From Eledone cirrhosa (lineage: Eukaryota): DNA of 64,000 nt. Shown one piece after another: positions 29,151 through 43,460 of the stretch. The first letter of the stretch is position 1. Each line of letters opens with the position of its first letter. Location of the stretch: the NCBI GenBank assembly GCA_964016885.1, contig OZ024743.1, forward strand, positions 195,424,001 through 195,488,000, in the 5' to 3' direction. The notes beneath the pieces were generated by a model that searched no databases, was not told the origin of the DNA, and worked only from the letters and a program-made list of their open reading frames with translations. The position numbers and the translations under genes were made by a program.

Positions 29151-31539
29151 AAATGGAATTTATGAATTATAAATCCATATAATAATTTTGATTCAACAAA
29201 TAAAACTCTAAAGTATTGCATATATTGTTTGGTCAAACTAATTCTTTATAGCTCTACAGAAATTTAGAATTCGGCTATGTAATGAATTGCAATTAGAGTG
29301 GAGTCATAACATTGTAAGAAGCTAGTTTTAATATATGTATCGTACCGCAAGATACGGGACATAATCAGTAAACGTAAATACAATCTCGGACACGCATGCT
29401 CACAGACACACGCGCGCGCGCGCGCGCAAAGGCATTCACGCAAACGCGCATACACACATACATATACGCATATTATATACACACACTATATACGCACAAA
29501 CATTTTTATAAGTGTATATATGTGTATGTTTATGTTCATTTTTAAATGTATGTTAATAGCTTACTATAGAACTGTTCTGCACTATCTTGGACATTTTGTC
29601 GAAGTCTATTCCAGAACATTGTCCTGGGTTGTCTCCCGTTATTTCCAAAATAATTAAAATAGCAATTGTTCAGTAATATTGTTATTTTTCAAACGCACCG
29701 TATTTTTAGTTTGCTTTATGATATTCTATGGGTCAAATATGTTAGAGTTTACATAACTGATCTAATGAAATTTGTATAAATCAATACCAATTTTTTTCTA
29801 ACTATAAATGTTCATAGTTAAATTTCTTTCTCATTTACAGTTAGTATAATCGCATTAATTTTTTTAGAAAATATGTAACCAAATAAATGTTATGCTTAAA
29901 CACATTATGTGTTGAGTAGTAGCATGAAATCGGGATGTATTATATCAAACATCCCCGATTCTTTACTGTTAGTAGTTAAAGAGATTATTATTTCACAATA
30001 ATAGTAGTATGTACCGGGGTCATAAGACTTCGACTTTCCTAAATCATCAATAAGGAAATAGGTTGTATTTCTCAAACTATACCCTTTATTCTTATTCGGT
30101 ATTTAATTTTGTTTACGATGGTAAACAAAAAATACTGCTACCAAACCGTACAGCATGATATTTTCTGTATTGCCACGAGAGAGTTTAACTATTTCGAAGA
30201 GAAAGTGTTTAAAATAATAATATATTTTTATCACCATATGACGAAAGCTAAAGAAAATTCACACTCATACTTCGTTTACAGAAACCCAATTACTGAATTC
30301 TAAAATCGTTTCCACCGCAATTATTGACCTCTAAAACTATTTCCACTGCAATCACTAGACAAATAGAAAAGGGGAGGAAGAGACAGGCGCATCACACTTC
30401 TGTATATATTCCACAACAAAATCTTTTGAATGTTCAGCAACGTTTGTTTCTTAACTTTAAAGTGGTGGAAGTGTTGAAGCTAGGGGCGCATGATGCATAT
30501 AAAGTTGCCATGTACAATAGGGGAGACTTATTTGCAGGAGTAAGTTTTCAAAAATTAAAGACGTTTAACAAAGCAATAGGTAATTCAGTCACGGCGAAAA
30601 TGATCACTTCTATAATAATCTAGATTTCTAACATATTTTGAAAGAAATTCTGTCGAGCACCAGACACATAGTAATATGTTACATTGTAACGAGCTTAATA
30701 ATACAGTCAATCAACTTACGAGAAACTATGTTCAGAGTCACTCAATCTGATAGAAGATCATTTAGGAAATTATGGACACATTAGGTAAGACAAAAGGCAT
30801 GAAATTGTCGAGGAATGTCAGAGGTTATAAACATATTCAATAAAGGATGACGTGTCTAAGCGACAGCTACAAACCCAGCAACAGTAGTAGCCTAATAAAT
30901 TTGAAATCACATATCACGGTTGGACTAATCTAGAACTATTTAGGTCAACACCAACACACTGGTGAAGCGCGCAATGAATTCATAAAAAGCTGTTGGACAG
31001 GATAGCACTTAAAGATGGCGTGTCCTAAACAGCTGACATGAATATTTACCAACAATTGTTTTTCATATATGCAAGAGTACCAGGAATTTTCTAAATAGTT
31101 ACTATTGTCCAGGTTTCTAAGAATGTTATTCAACATTCATTAATCATTTACAGTCATTTACACTCGCCTATTACGCATATTGACGCCCTCAAACAACACC
31201 ATATTTCTTAAAGAGAACCCAATCCCAAACCCTGGTTAACTTGTCCTGCATGATTGTAAGGCAAGTAAAATGTAGAAAGAATTGATATTCTATTGTATGT
31301 AGCCCGCCTCAGAACCTCAAATTACTTTCGAATTTTCATGACTAGCTTTCGTTATAACAGGTAACGCAAATATATAATAAATATATGTATATATATATAT
31401 ATATTTATTTAGTTTGGTGATTCCGCGTACCCAGTGCCATGAGCTTATCAGTCAGCTTCTTACATAATGGGGTTACATTCTGGAGGCAATCCAAATTAAA
31501 CCGACAAAGAAGATGTTCTTGAAGCCTTCACCCGTTGCT

Positions 31540-31553
31540 CACAACACACACAA

Positions 31554-31595
<42 letters not shown>

Positions 31596-31608
31596 TAATA
31601 TATATATA

Positions 31609-31667
<59 letters not shown>

Positions 31668-31838
31668 TTGTGTGTATGTATGTGTTTATGTATGTATGTG
31701 TGTACGTATGTATGTACGTGTGTATGTACGTGTGTATGTATGTACGTATGTATATGTATGTGTGTATGTATGTGTGTATGTGTGTATGTATGTACGCATG
31801 TATGTATGTGCGTGTGTGTGTATGTATGTATGTATTTA
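31540..31838. repeat. (TA)/(TG)/(TATG)n simple repeat
   Basis: Direct reading. Confidence 0.93.
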
Positions 31839-32249
31839 TGGAGTGGCTAACAGTCTGAATCAATGAAAGAAAGGCTGTCACGATCTTTCGTTTCCTCGTT
31901 TTGTCTCTCTTTAGTATAAAACCTCAGGTGATGTTGCTTCGTGGAATCTATTGTTTCAGAATACAGTTCTACTTCTATACTAATAAAAAAAAAAAAACAC
32001 ACCACTTTTTCTCTTTACAATCAGAAACCTTATTACCCTCAAGAGAAATACACTGGCTGTACATTTTTGTTTCTTAGTATATAAACGTATATTTCATTTG
32101 CATTGAAAATAACATATTCAGCCTTAATATATTGTAACAAACCAAAGCATATTGCATTTTCAAAATGTGACGATAACAATATTTTTTCAAATACTAATGA
32201 ACTATATTTTTATAACAAAAACATCGTTTACTTGAAATCAGAAATGTTC

Positions 32250-32420
32250 GTGTTGTTGTTGTTGCAGCTGTTGTTGTTGGTGTTGTTGCTGCTGCTGATG
32301 ATGATGATGACGATGATTATGGTTTGTTGTTGTTTAATATTATTGTTGGTGATGCTGTTGTTGATGTTGTTGTTGCTGTTGATAGTGGTGGTGGTACTGG
32401 TGGTGCTCGTGATGGTGGGG
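32250..32420. repeat. Degenerate (TGT/TGA/TGG)n trinucleotide repeat
   Basis: Direct reading. Confidence 0.9.
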
Positions 32421-32980
32421 TTGGCTGCGTTATTGATTTTAAAAGAATAATAAATCCATTCGCTTTATTTATTTTAGTGTGGAACCCCAACCAATATCAG
32501 AAATTAAGAATGTGCGAAGAGATTTTTTTTTTTTTTTTTTTAATTGAAAATAAGAAATGTTTTAGAAAGTCGGATACAAATTCAGTCTGAATACATTTTG
32601 TATTCATATGATGTATATCATTATATTTCCTTTGCATTATCTATTATATTATAATTAAGAAATTTAAGTTGACTTTTAATACGTTCAACAATTGTAAAAG
32701 CATATTTATACACATCGACAGAAAACTAAATATGTATATTCAACGGTAGTTGTAAATCATATAAGCCTAATAATTTTCTGTGGAGAGCAATAAAAGTGAA
32801 TTCAATGAGAAAGAAGTATATTCGTTAGTGTGATAATTTATTTTCTCAAATCCCTGCATTTAGTAATACAGATTTTAGTAGTGAGTCCACACAATTGACA
32901 TAATTGTTATATTTATTTACTAATTACCATCTATTTACACACCATATACCATCTGACGAGCTGAGGCTAGCAATAACGCT

Positions 32981-33112
32981 GTGCATTACTGGTACTTTAT
33001 TTTATCGACCCCGTAAGGATGAAAAGCAAAGTTAACCTCGGCGGGATTTAAAATCAGACCGTAAAAGGACGTAACTCTATGCTACAAAGCATGGCGTCCG
33101 ATTCTCTACCGA
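32981..33112 (-). mobile_element. SINE family A (partial)
   Basis: Reverse-complement match. Confidence 0.8.
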
Positions 33113-33219
33113 TATAATAAGGAAATACACACACATATTCAAATGTATATGTGTGTGTGGTGTCCGCCTTAACAAGTTTTGCTCGATGTCCACCTTACTA
33201 CCCTTCTGTGACCACTGTA

Positions 33220-33368
33220 TCATGTGTTAACTTCTCTCTCCGCCTCTGAGAGATTCTCACTTGCTACGATGGAAACAGTCCTTTTTTCGATCACGTGTTA
33301 ATTTCTCCTCCTGCCTCCAGAGATTTTCTCATTTGCTACGAACGGGTCAAGAAACAGTCCTTTTTCTG
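33220..33368. repeat. Two diverged tandem units of about 70 bp
   Basis: tca.gtgttaa.ttct...ctcacttgctacga...gaaacagtcctttt occurs twice. Confidence 0.75.
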
Positions 33369-35443
33369 AGTGGTCTCAAATAATAATCTTGTATGTACAT
33401 GCTTATATATTGTCAGTTTTTATATACATCTTCATAATTATCTGACTGTCAAGGCCCATTTAATAACCAATCATGTTTATTTACCGTTCATATACTGTTG
33501 TTTTTGTTTATATTTACCCCAAAAATTGGAATAATAAACTTTTGTTGTGCATGTGTATAATAGCAATTAAAACGTTGCAAATGTGTACAATGGAGGTGAA
33601 TTTACTAGTATACGTAAATATATTTTTTTACAATTGCAAATCAAATTATTTCTCCTTATTTTCCATGTCAGAAATTATCATAATAGCAGCAATTTCTTAA
33701 GTGAAATAATCATGTATGATTATTATTAATTGTGCTTAAATATGAACTTCCATGGTATTTATTAAAATTATAAACGTTTATTTAGATAAATAAATGTCCA
33801 TTGTTCATGAAATGTGCATAGAATATTGTATTAAAATCGTTCCTTAGTTTCTTAAGAGAAATGAATAAGGCTTCTAATAACACAAATATAATTGATACTA
33901 TGTACTTATATGTTCTACTATGTTGTCCATCTTACTCGTATGTTTTACTTGAACATCACGTTTTCTTTGTTTGCTTTTACTAATATTTTCTAAGTAAGTA
34001 TTATTTTCAATTTTAAAGAAATATAGCTTAATTATTGTTAAATCGACATATCATTTCTATCTGCCATTATGAAATGTAAAAAAATTATTTTTCGCTGAAT
34101 GCACAGTATGCATTACACAGGCGCCAACGACACAACACAGCTATAGTGATAGCTCAATTACTCCATCAGAATGTTCGTAATTGGTTGAACAATCCTATCA
34201 CATGCAATTTGTAACCATGGAATTGATAGACATTTTTATATTTTACAGATTAATGTGTAACTTTTAGCAAGGGAGACATGTATATGATATATATGATGTA
34301 TATGATATTCTTAAATTGATCATGTGTAAATTATGTTGATCTCATGTGTGCTGCACGAATCAACGACATAAAGTTCGATGTATAGCAGCCTAATTGTATA
34401 TATATAAGAATTATATATTGGTCTATTATTGATGAAATACTTCATCAATTATTTTTGGCACGGTCGGTCTTTGCGTTCTTAAAGTCCCCAAATGTTTTAC
34501 AACACGACTACAAAAACACTAACATAAACACAGGCAGATTTCTAAGTTTCAAATAACTCTCGTATAATTAATAATATTTACTGAATTTTTGTACTATTTT
34601 ATCCTCCTGGATTTTATATTTTAGTTCAATGTCACATCCTTTTTAATAATATCTATTAATTTGTAAGCACCATATGTTTTTTTTTTTTTAAATTAAATCT
34701 ATCTTAAAGTTTAAACCAGGAGACGTATGCAGTCATGAATTCAAAGTGGATCACAAGCACAAAACTAAAGACATAGGTGAAAACTTTCCTTTTGGAAGTA
34801 CATTCATATTAAATTTAATTTCCGGTGAGTGGCATGTTCACAGCCCGTGTGAGAATCAGTTACGCTAGCAATATTTCCTCGAGGCAATTAGGTGCTGTAA
34901 GTAAATCCAAAGAAAGCAAGATCCGGAAGTGATTTTAATAACGAAGATGTAGTTGCGTTACAGCTAAGCATTAGTTAAGCAAAAGAACGTATGGAAACTA
35001 TGAAGATAATCAAAAGTGTAGTTAATCAAAATTATCCATCTTAGTTCTCACATGAATGCAGTTAAAAGTATATTTATATGAAAAAGATTCCGAAAGAGAA
35101 ACAGGGTTTGTAGTTGAGGGAAAAGGGGAAAGGGGAAAGAGAGTGATATAGAGATAGAGAGGGGGGCGACAGAGATGGAAAGCGATTGGTGGTAAGTGAA
35201 AGGAGAATGAGAAATGAAGAAAGAAAATAAAACGAAAGGAAGAAAGAAAATGAAGCTACAAAGGAAACAAAAGGTTGCAGTATGAGAACGTACATTTTGT
35301 TTGATGAATGAGATTGAAATAAGGAACGTTCGAACAATCGAGATATAGATAGATGAATGAATTGATGAATGGATGGAAGAAAGGATAGATTGATATTCTG
35401 ACAGGCAGACATCTATGTAGGGTGGTAGATAGATGAGGGAATG

Positions 35444-35561
<118 letters not shown>

Positions 35562-36115
35562 GTAGATAGACAGATAGAGAGACAGATAAATAGATAGAAA
35601 TAGATAGATAGATAGATAGAAAAAATATTACCATGTACTTTATTTGATTGATAGATAGATATACCTAAGAATACATTTTGTGAGCCTAAGGATTAAAACT
35701 GAGGCATACATTATGTAATAAATTGAAAGAGATAGGCTACCTTTATATTGCCAGTATTTCATTTACCTTTCTGTGGATGTTTTGTAGAAGATGATAATGC
35801 ACATGGAAATTACTTTTCGTAAAAATGAAGGTTGAAAATTACTTGGAAAATTCGCCAGTATTGATGTCAAATAGTTTAATATTCACGGTATATTATTCGG
35901 AGAAAATAATATATATCGTCTGGTCCATGCAGTGAATTCACAAGGACCGAATGATTAAAGTTTCTTTCTTTGCATTAAAATGTTGTGTTTGTATCTTGTT
36001 AAAGTATCAAAGACCCTTTGCGAGTACACGAAAACTGAAAACAATTATATCATGCTCTATCTACTGGAACATACCAGTAGTAATGAGATAGAATCATTTC
36101 TCTCATCCTCACTGC

Positions 36116-36196
<81 letters not shown>

Positions 36197-36929
36197 CACA
36201 CAGACGCACAAACGCACACATACACAAATTTACACACACTCACAGATTCTAAACATGACAAGGTGAGCTACAAACAAAAACAAGGGGAAAAGTTTTAGTT
36301 CACATTCACCTTTGAAATACAAATTCTCATACAAAGGTGACATGCCCTTAACAGAAACAAATCTTTTCTTGAACTCTTGAGTCATAAGATTTAAAAAACA
36401 TCCACTATGAACCATTAGCTAGCACACCAGACATTCCATTCAAGATTCCGACTTCTAACCTTTGACCCTCTCTTTCATTCTCGCTGGCACTATTCAGTTT
36501 TCGATTAAAACGAAATCTTGTTAAATGAATTTATTACTATTCCCCATTACAGTCTGTTCATAAAATAATACGAAACTAAGTTTTCTTACGATATTTGATC
36601 TACAAAATATGCGTATTTACGTTAAAGAAAATATTAGTATCATACATTGATTTGTCGAAATTCTACAGGTTAGAAGTTAGAAATGCGTATCATTAATTAA
36701 AGCTCTTATGATATTTGAATATGTTTAGGTTTTTTATTGTTTTAGATATTCCGTTTTTACAGCATCATTACTAAAAAAGTTGATAAATAATAGATAAAAA
36801 ATAAATACAAAGTGAAATAAACGTATTAAGCTGTTTGAATGTTTGCTTTTACACTTCTCGAAGACGGATAGAGTCAACAAAATAATTAAAATTTAAGTTT
36901 TTTGAAGTATACATATAAGAATAGTTATT

Positions 36930-37295
36930 AATAATTGTTTCTACTTTTGGCGCAAGGCAAGCAATTATTCCAGTGCATTACTGGTACATTATTTTATCGA
37001 CCCTGTAGGATTTGAACTCAGAACGCAAAGGGACGTAACTCTATGTTGCAAAGCGTAGCGTCCGACTTTCTACCAATTCTGCCAACCCACTACCATTAAC
37101 AATGATTTTTACTAAAGGTACAAGACCAGCTATTTTGGTGAGGTGAAAGCCGATTAAATCTGCCCAGTGTGTGCATAACTGGTACTTTATTTTATCGACC
37201 AAGTAAAGATTGAAGATAAAGCTAACCTTGACGGGATATGAACTCAGAAGGTAAAAGGCCGTAACTCTATGCCACGAAGCATAGTGTTCCACGCT
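36930..37295 (-). mobile_element. Two tandem SINE family A copies
   Basis: Reverse-complement matches. Confidence 0.8.
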
Positions 37296-38924
37296 GTACC
37301 CTTAAGAATTCCACCACCCTTAAGAATATTTATTAATAATAAACATCGTATATATTTCCATAAATAAATCTATTACGACTTACACTATGCTACTACTGCT
37401 TATGGATTTGAGCCGGCCACCGTTTGCACGCTATGCAATTGAGCATTATTTGTCGCTCATAAGCAAAAGACTATAAGGTTTCAGCTTAATTTTGCCTCAG
37501 AAGCAAAGACATAGATCCCCCCAAAGGAGAATAATATCCAGAAAAGGTGACGTCATGTTCTCTCCAGTTGGTGCTGAGTGATAGCTGTATTTGCCTCTTG
37601 ATCACAGCTTTTTAAAGTATCTAATAGAAAGGCTTAGTGTATGTTTATTATACATAAACATGTCGTATATACTTCTATACACAACTCTATTATGAATCAT
37701 GTTATGACAGTTCTACGACTACAGCTTATAGTTTATGTTCGATGGAGTAGGCATGAGGATTGATTTTATGGATGTTAACATGTAAATCCTACAATTACAT
37801 ATGGTGTTTATACGAGCATATATATTTGAGGATCAGAGCATTTTTGTGTGCTGTGCGTTTTTATTTACATATATAAATTCAACGCTTTCATTTGTATATA
37901 ATTTCAGTATTACGTACATTACCCCAAAATATATGTAATTGTCTATACATACATGGTTTATATGTATGCATGTATAAGTTTACTTGTGTAGAACTTTTAC
38001 TTGTCGTTGCTGAAGCTGTGTTATTTGAGTTGAGCTGTTTCAGCACATCAACATTTAGTGAAGATGTAATTTTATTGAATGCATGCTACTTTATGGATCT
38101 TTGTTGGATTGATTTGAAGGGTTTTCGTATAAACTCCTTAATAATGCTTCTGGTTAAGAATAAATAAATCATGGTTTGACACTGAAACAGCGACGTAGAA
38201 AAGAATCGGGCGAAATTTGAGCCGTTTTTCAGCATTCACAGTGATCTTTCGGATATAAATTTCCCATGTTCGCATAACAGATTGTCGAAGTCATATTCAT
38301 GTTGAAATGAGTTAACGAGACACAAACATAGTTAGACAAATATGTTCTATATTTCTAAAACAATAGTAATCAATATAGAGGATTGGGATAGTAGCTAGAT
38401 AAACAATATAAGCGCAATGATTCTCATATGTGTATTACACGATGTCTATTACACACGCAAATGACACAAGGCTAGCGTTGTGCCAAACGTGCTAATGAGA
38501 TGATTGTTAGAAATCGATAAAATGTTTGAATTCATTAAATTGTAAATACAGCCTCATAAAAAAGAAGAAATATAACTTGAACAATAGCAATGATACATTG
38601 ATTTGCTTTCTTCTCTTCAACAAAACAAAATTGACAAATTAGCTAAAACACAGAAGAAACTTTAATGATAAAATGAAAACAAATAAAATAACATTTTATC
38701 ATTTTATTATTTTTTAATTTAAATAAAAGTTAATTTCATAAAAATAAAGTCTTAAAACCGTACAAAGAATTTCAAAACAATTCATTTTATTATTGTTTTA
38801 ATTCATAATCAACATTTCACAATTTTGTTCTCAAAGCAAAATTCAGTGATATTTGCTTTTTTAAAGTTAAGAGAAAATAAATAGGTAATAGGGATCACAT
38901 CATCAATATTATCACTAAAATTAG

Positions 38925-39715
38925 CGTCATCATCGTCATGATGATGATGCCAATAATGATGACGACGATTATCATGATGATAAACATGATTGTGATCATT
39001 ATGATGATGATGATCATCATCATCATTACTACCACCATCATCGTCCACATCAGCATCGCCGTTGGTGTTGTCATCTTTATCGTCCTCCTCCACTTCTCCC
39101 CCCCCCCTCTTCCTCCCCCTACCTTTATAAGCATCATCATCAACATCATCACCACCGCCGTTATAATCATATTCATTATCGACGTCAATAGGATTCTCTC
39201 CACCCGCGTCGACGCTGTTGTTATCATTATTATGCATATCATCATCACAACTGTCATCATGATGATTATTATCATCATCATCACCACCATTATCATCATC
39301 ATCATCATCATCAACATCACCATCATCATTACCATCATCATCACCATCATCATCACCATCATCACGACCATCATCAGCTATCATCATCATCATAATCACA
39401 ATCAACACTATCATCATCATCATAATCACAATCAACACTATCATCATTATCACCATCATCATCATCACAATCACCACCTTCATCATCATCCATCATTATC
39501 ATCACCATTATCATGATCATCATCATCATCATCATCATCACCTCCATCATCATCATCATCATCACCATCATCATCATCACAATCACCATCATCATCATCA
39601 CCGTCACCATCATCATCATCATCATCATCATCACAATCAATCATCACCATCATCACCATCATAATCACAATCTACAAAATCACCATCATCAACATCACCA
39701 TCACCATCATCATCT
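38925..39715. repeat. About 790-bp degenerate (CAT)n tract
   Basis: Direct reading; explains the poly-H/I/M/D ORFs. Confidence 0.95.
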
Positions 39716-40119
39716 GTCGTCGTTGTCATATAATTCCGCAACTTTGTCGTTGTTTTGACAATAGACACACCCACATTAATTATGTACATAGCCAAATAAT
39801 GGCGGTGTTAGTAGTAATTCCAGCACCACCACCACCACCAACAACAACAACAACGAAAACAACAATCATACTAACAACAACACTATTAATATTTTCTTCT
39901 ACAGATGCTTCAACTATAAGTTTGATCTGCAATTATAACCTTATTTCCAAAATCATGAGGAAGGATAGTCAGATATAGGTTTGAAGCTGATAGATTTAAT
40001 CTAACGAGTATGAGGAGAGATTGGGAAACCAACGCATAAAGCATAAGAAGAGAAGATTAAATATGACATAATGTGTAGATAAAATATTCTCTGGATATTA
40101 AAATAGATTAAGCCCAGCG

Positions 40120-41205
40120 TAATGATAATGGTTTCTACTTTAGGCACAAGGCCAGCAATTTGAAGGTGAGGGAAAGTTTATTATTAAGATTTTAACAGGT
40201 GGATTGGCAGTATCGGTAGACGGTCTGACGCCATGCTATGCCATGGTATGAGTTCAAATCCCGCTGAGGTAAACTGTGCCTTTCATCCTTACGCGGTCGA
40301 TAAAATAAAGTAGCGATAATTTACTGGGTAATTGCTGGCCTTGTGCCAAAAGTAGAAACAAAAAAAGTAGAAAGTTTTGGCACAAGGCCAGCAATTACTC
40401 AGTACATTATCGGTACAATAGCTGGCCTCGTGCCAAACAGTAAAGTGTCGTAACTATATATCACAAAGTATAATGTCCGACACACTGCTGGTTCTGTCAT
40501 TCTACCGCCGTCTACTACTAATAATTATTTCTACTTTTGGCACAAGGCCAACAATTACCCAGTGCATTACAGGTACTTTATTTTATCGACCCCATAAAGA
40601 TGAAAGGTAAAGTTAACCTTGGCGGGATTAATTGTTTCTACTATAGGCATATGACTAAACATTTTAGGGGAGGGGGAAAGTCGATTAAATCGACCCCAGC
40701 GCTTTACTGGTGCTTTATTTCATCAACTCTGTAAGGATGAAAGAAAATTCTAACCTCGGTGGGATTTGAACTCAGAATGTAAAGGGCCGTAACTCTATGC
40801 TACGAAGCATGTTGTTCGACGCTCTATCAATACTGCCAATCCACCGGCGTAATAATAATTGTTTCTATTTTAGGCACAAGGCCAACAAATACCCAGTACA
40901 TTACTGGTACTTTATTTTATCGACCCCGTAAGGATGAAAGGCAAAGTTAACCTCTGCGGGATTTGAACTCAGATAATCGTAATAATAATGTTTTCTGATT
41001 TAGGCACAAAGCGAACAATTTTGGGGGAGAGGAAAGTCGGCCAAATCGGCCCCAGCACAGTACTGGTACTTTATTTTATCAACTCTGTAAGGATGAAAGG
41101 CAAAGGTAACCTCGGCGGAATTTGAACCCAGAACGTAAAAGGTCGTCACTCTATCCTGCGATGCATGTTCTCCGACGATCTATCGATATTACCAATCCAC
41201 CGGCC
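40120..41205. mobile_element. Dense nest of 7 or more SINE family A copies or fragments, mostly minus strand
   Basis: Repeated ggcacaaggcc and gatgaaaggcaaagttaacctc motifs; a plus copy at 40197-40362. Confidence 0.85.
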
Positions 41206-41463
41206 TTATAATAATGTTACATCACGGAGCCAAGAGTGCATGGTAACAGTAAAGAAGTTCCATTTACAGCATTCTATTTCTCTTCAAACTGATTACCAGC
41301 TTTGCTAAGTGTATTTGACCATAGCACAGCACCGAGTTTAACAATACTTTATCTGCGTTATTTTGTTGAGGGAAAGTGAGTAGAATGCCGTGGCATATAT
41401 ATATATATATTACATATTTGTTTAACAATGATAATAAAGGCAAGGTAAACCACATTGAGAGTG

Positions 41464-41498
<35 letters not shown>

Positions 41499-41767
41499 AA
41501 TGAGAGAGGGAGCGAGAGATATAAATATAGATATTGATACATAGTTACACTTACATAAATATACATTAGCGCAGTAGCACAAAACTCAACGCTTCATGAG
41601 TTCAAGATTCACACTCGGTGTTTGATTAAGCTCATTAATTTGAATGGTAAGATGTTGTCAGGGTTCCCTCAGTTCAATGTTGACAGCACTCAACCGGTAT
41701 CTTGGAGATACGGAGTTCAATTCTCAGTAGCAGCCGCCGGCAACATTTTGTTGAACCAAGTGAAATT

Positions 41768-41932
41768 ATAATGGTTTCTTATATAGGCACAAGGCCAGTA
41801 ATTTGGGGGGAGGGGAAAGTCGATTAAATCGACCCCAGTGCGTGACTGGTACTTTATTTTATCGACCCCATAAGGATGAAAGGGAAAGTTAACCTCGGCG
41901 GGATTTGATCTCAGATCATAAAGAGCCGTAAC
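41768..41932 (-). mobile_element. SINE family A
   Basis: Reverse-complement match. Confidence 0.85.
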
Positions 41933-42653
41933 TGCGAGTGAAATTATAATGTTTTGTTGATATGTGTGTGTTTGTATAGCAGCTTCATCTTTAAACAATT
42001 GTGTCGCAAAACGGCTTGCTGCAGTATTGTTTTACTTTTGTGGTCAAAGTAAAATAATTTCATTTGTTTTGCTTACATTTTACTGCCATACAAACTATAT
42101 TATGAATATATATTTTACTGCAAGTTGTTTCATTTGGGGAGATAATGAAATTTATTAGAATATATCAATATTACTTTTTATATATTTATATACTTAATAT
42201 GGGATATATATATGATAACCAAAGCGATACACATTTATATTAGCTTGGGAACAGTAAAAGCGTAATTTAGACTTGTACAGGGTAGAATATTTATCGAACA
42301 TTCATATATCTTGAATAGATGATATTTATACACTCATTGTATAATTTGTCAATAAGATTATTTCTCCAAAAAACATCCACTTTCACCGACTTAATTAAGA
42401 TTATAGATGAACTCCACTGAATGACTAGTTATAGCTGTGTCTAATAAAATAAATCTTAGCTGAATATCTCAAATAGATTAGTACTAGAGGTAACATGATG
42501 TTATAATTTTTTAAAGAATTTCGTACACCTACTCGTGGTAATATAACTAGTTTACACAATGCACTGACATAACCGCTCTACGCTGCCACTCCTTATTGAT
42601 TAAGGATATTACACTATTGCATAACCTTGTCATTCTTACTAGCAAACCAAGGG

Positions 42654-42870
42654 CAGTGGATTGGCAGTATCGGTAGAGCGCCGAACACCATACTTCGTGG
42701 AGTAGAATTAATGCCCTTTATGTTCTGATTCCAAATCCCACTGAGGTTAGCTTTGCCTTTCATCCTTAATGGGTCGATAAAATAAAGTATCAGTAAGGAC
42801 TGGGGGCGATTTAGTCTCCTTTCCCCTCCACTTCATATTACTGGCCTTGTGCCTAAAGTAGAAACAATTC
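42654..42870 (+). mobile_element. SINE family A
   Basis: Full match. Confidence 0.85.
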
Positions 42871-43224
42871 ATATTAACAAACCAGCGATGCAGTCATTTA
42901 AACTTAATAAGACATCAAGTACGCCTACCTCCTCGTGGGCTTTATTGAGGCATAGATCTGTTTCAAATTCATCTGAGCAACTAGGGAATTAGACACCCAT
43001 TGTATTGCATTGATGATTGTAGGCGGCACCAAAACAGTTTATATATGAACGCACTGCCTTAATGAACTACAGCGAAAACTCCTGTCCAAAAATCACAGAA
43101 ACTTCACTAATTTTTCCTGACATGTTCGATAATTATCTATAACCTCCACTCCTATTTATTACACTTGGATCTTTCTGGTCAATATTCAGTAATCAACACA
43201 TTTCGATCTCTGAGTCGATATATA

Positions 43225-43460
43225 GGTCGGTGAATTGGGAGAATCGTTAGAGCTACGGACAAGATACTTTGCAGCATTTAGAAATGCCTTTTAAGTTCAA
43301 ATCCGGCCGATGTCAACTTTGCTTTTCCTCCGTCTGGGTCGACAAAACAAATTAGCAGTCAAGAACTGGGTCGATGTAACGTACTTTTCATCACCCCAAA
43401 TATGCTACCCTTGTGCTTAAGCAAAAATATGCTACCGTTGTGCTTAAGCCAAAAACCATA
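43225..43460 (+). mobile_element. Older, diverged SINE family A relative
   Basis: aagttcaaatccggccgatgtcaactttgcttttcctccgtctgggtcgacaaaa. Confidence 0.7.

Noticed and set aside
32950-32980. CTGACGA-gct..agc as a hammerhead
   Set aside because: GAAA is missing and the motif is interrupted by a SINE
38809-39758. Long poly-His/Asp/Met/Ile ORFs
   Set aside because: Translations of a (CAT)n tract, open in several frames on both strands
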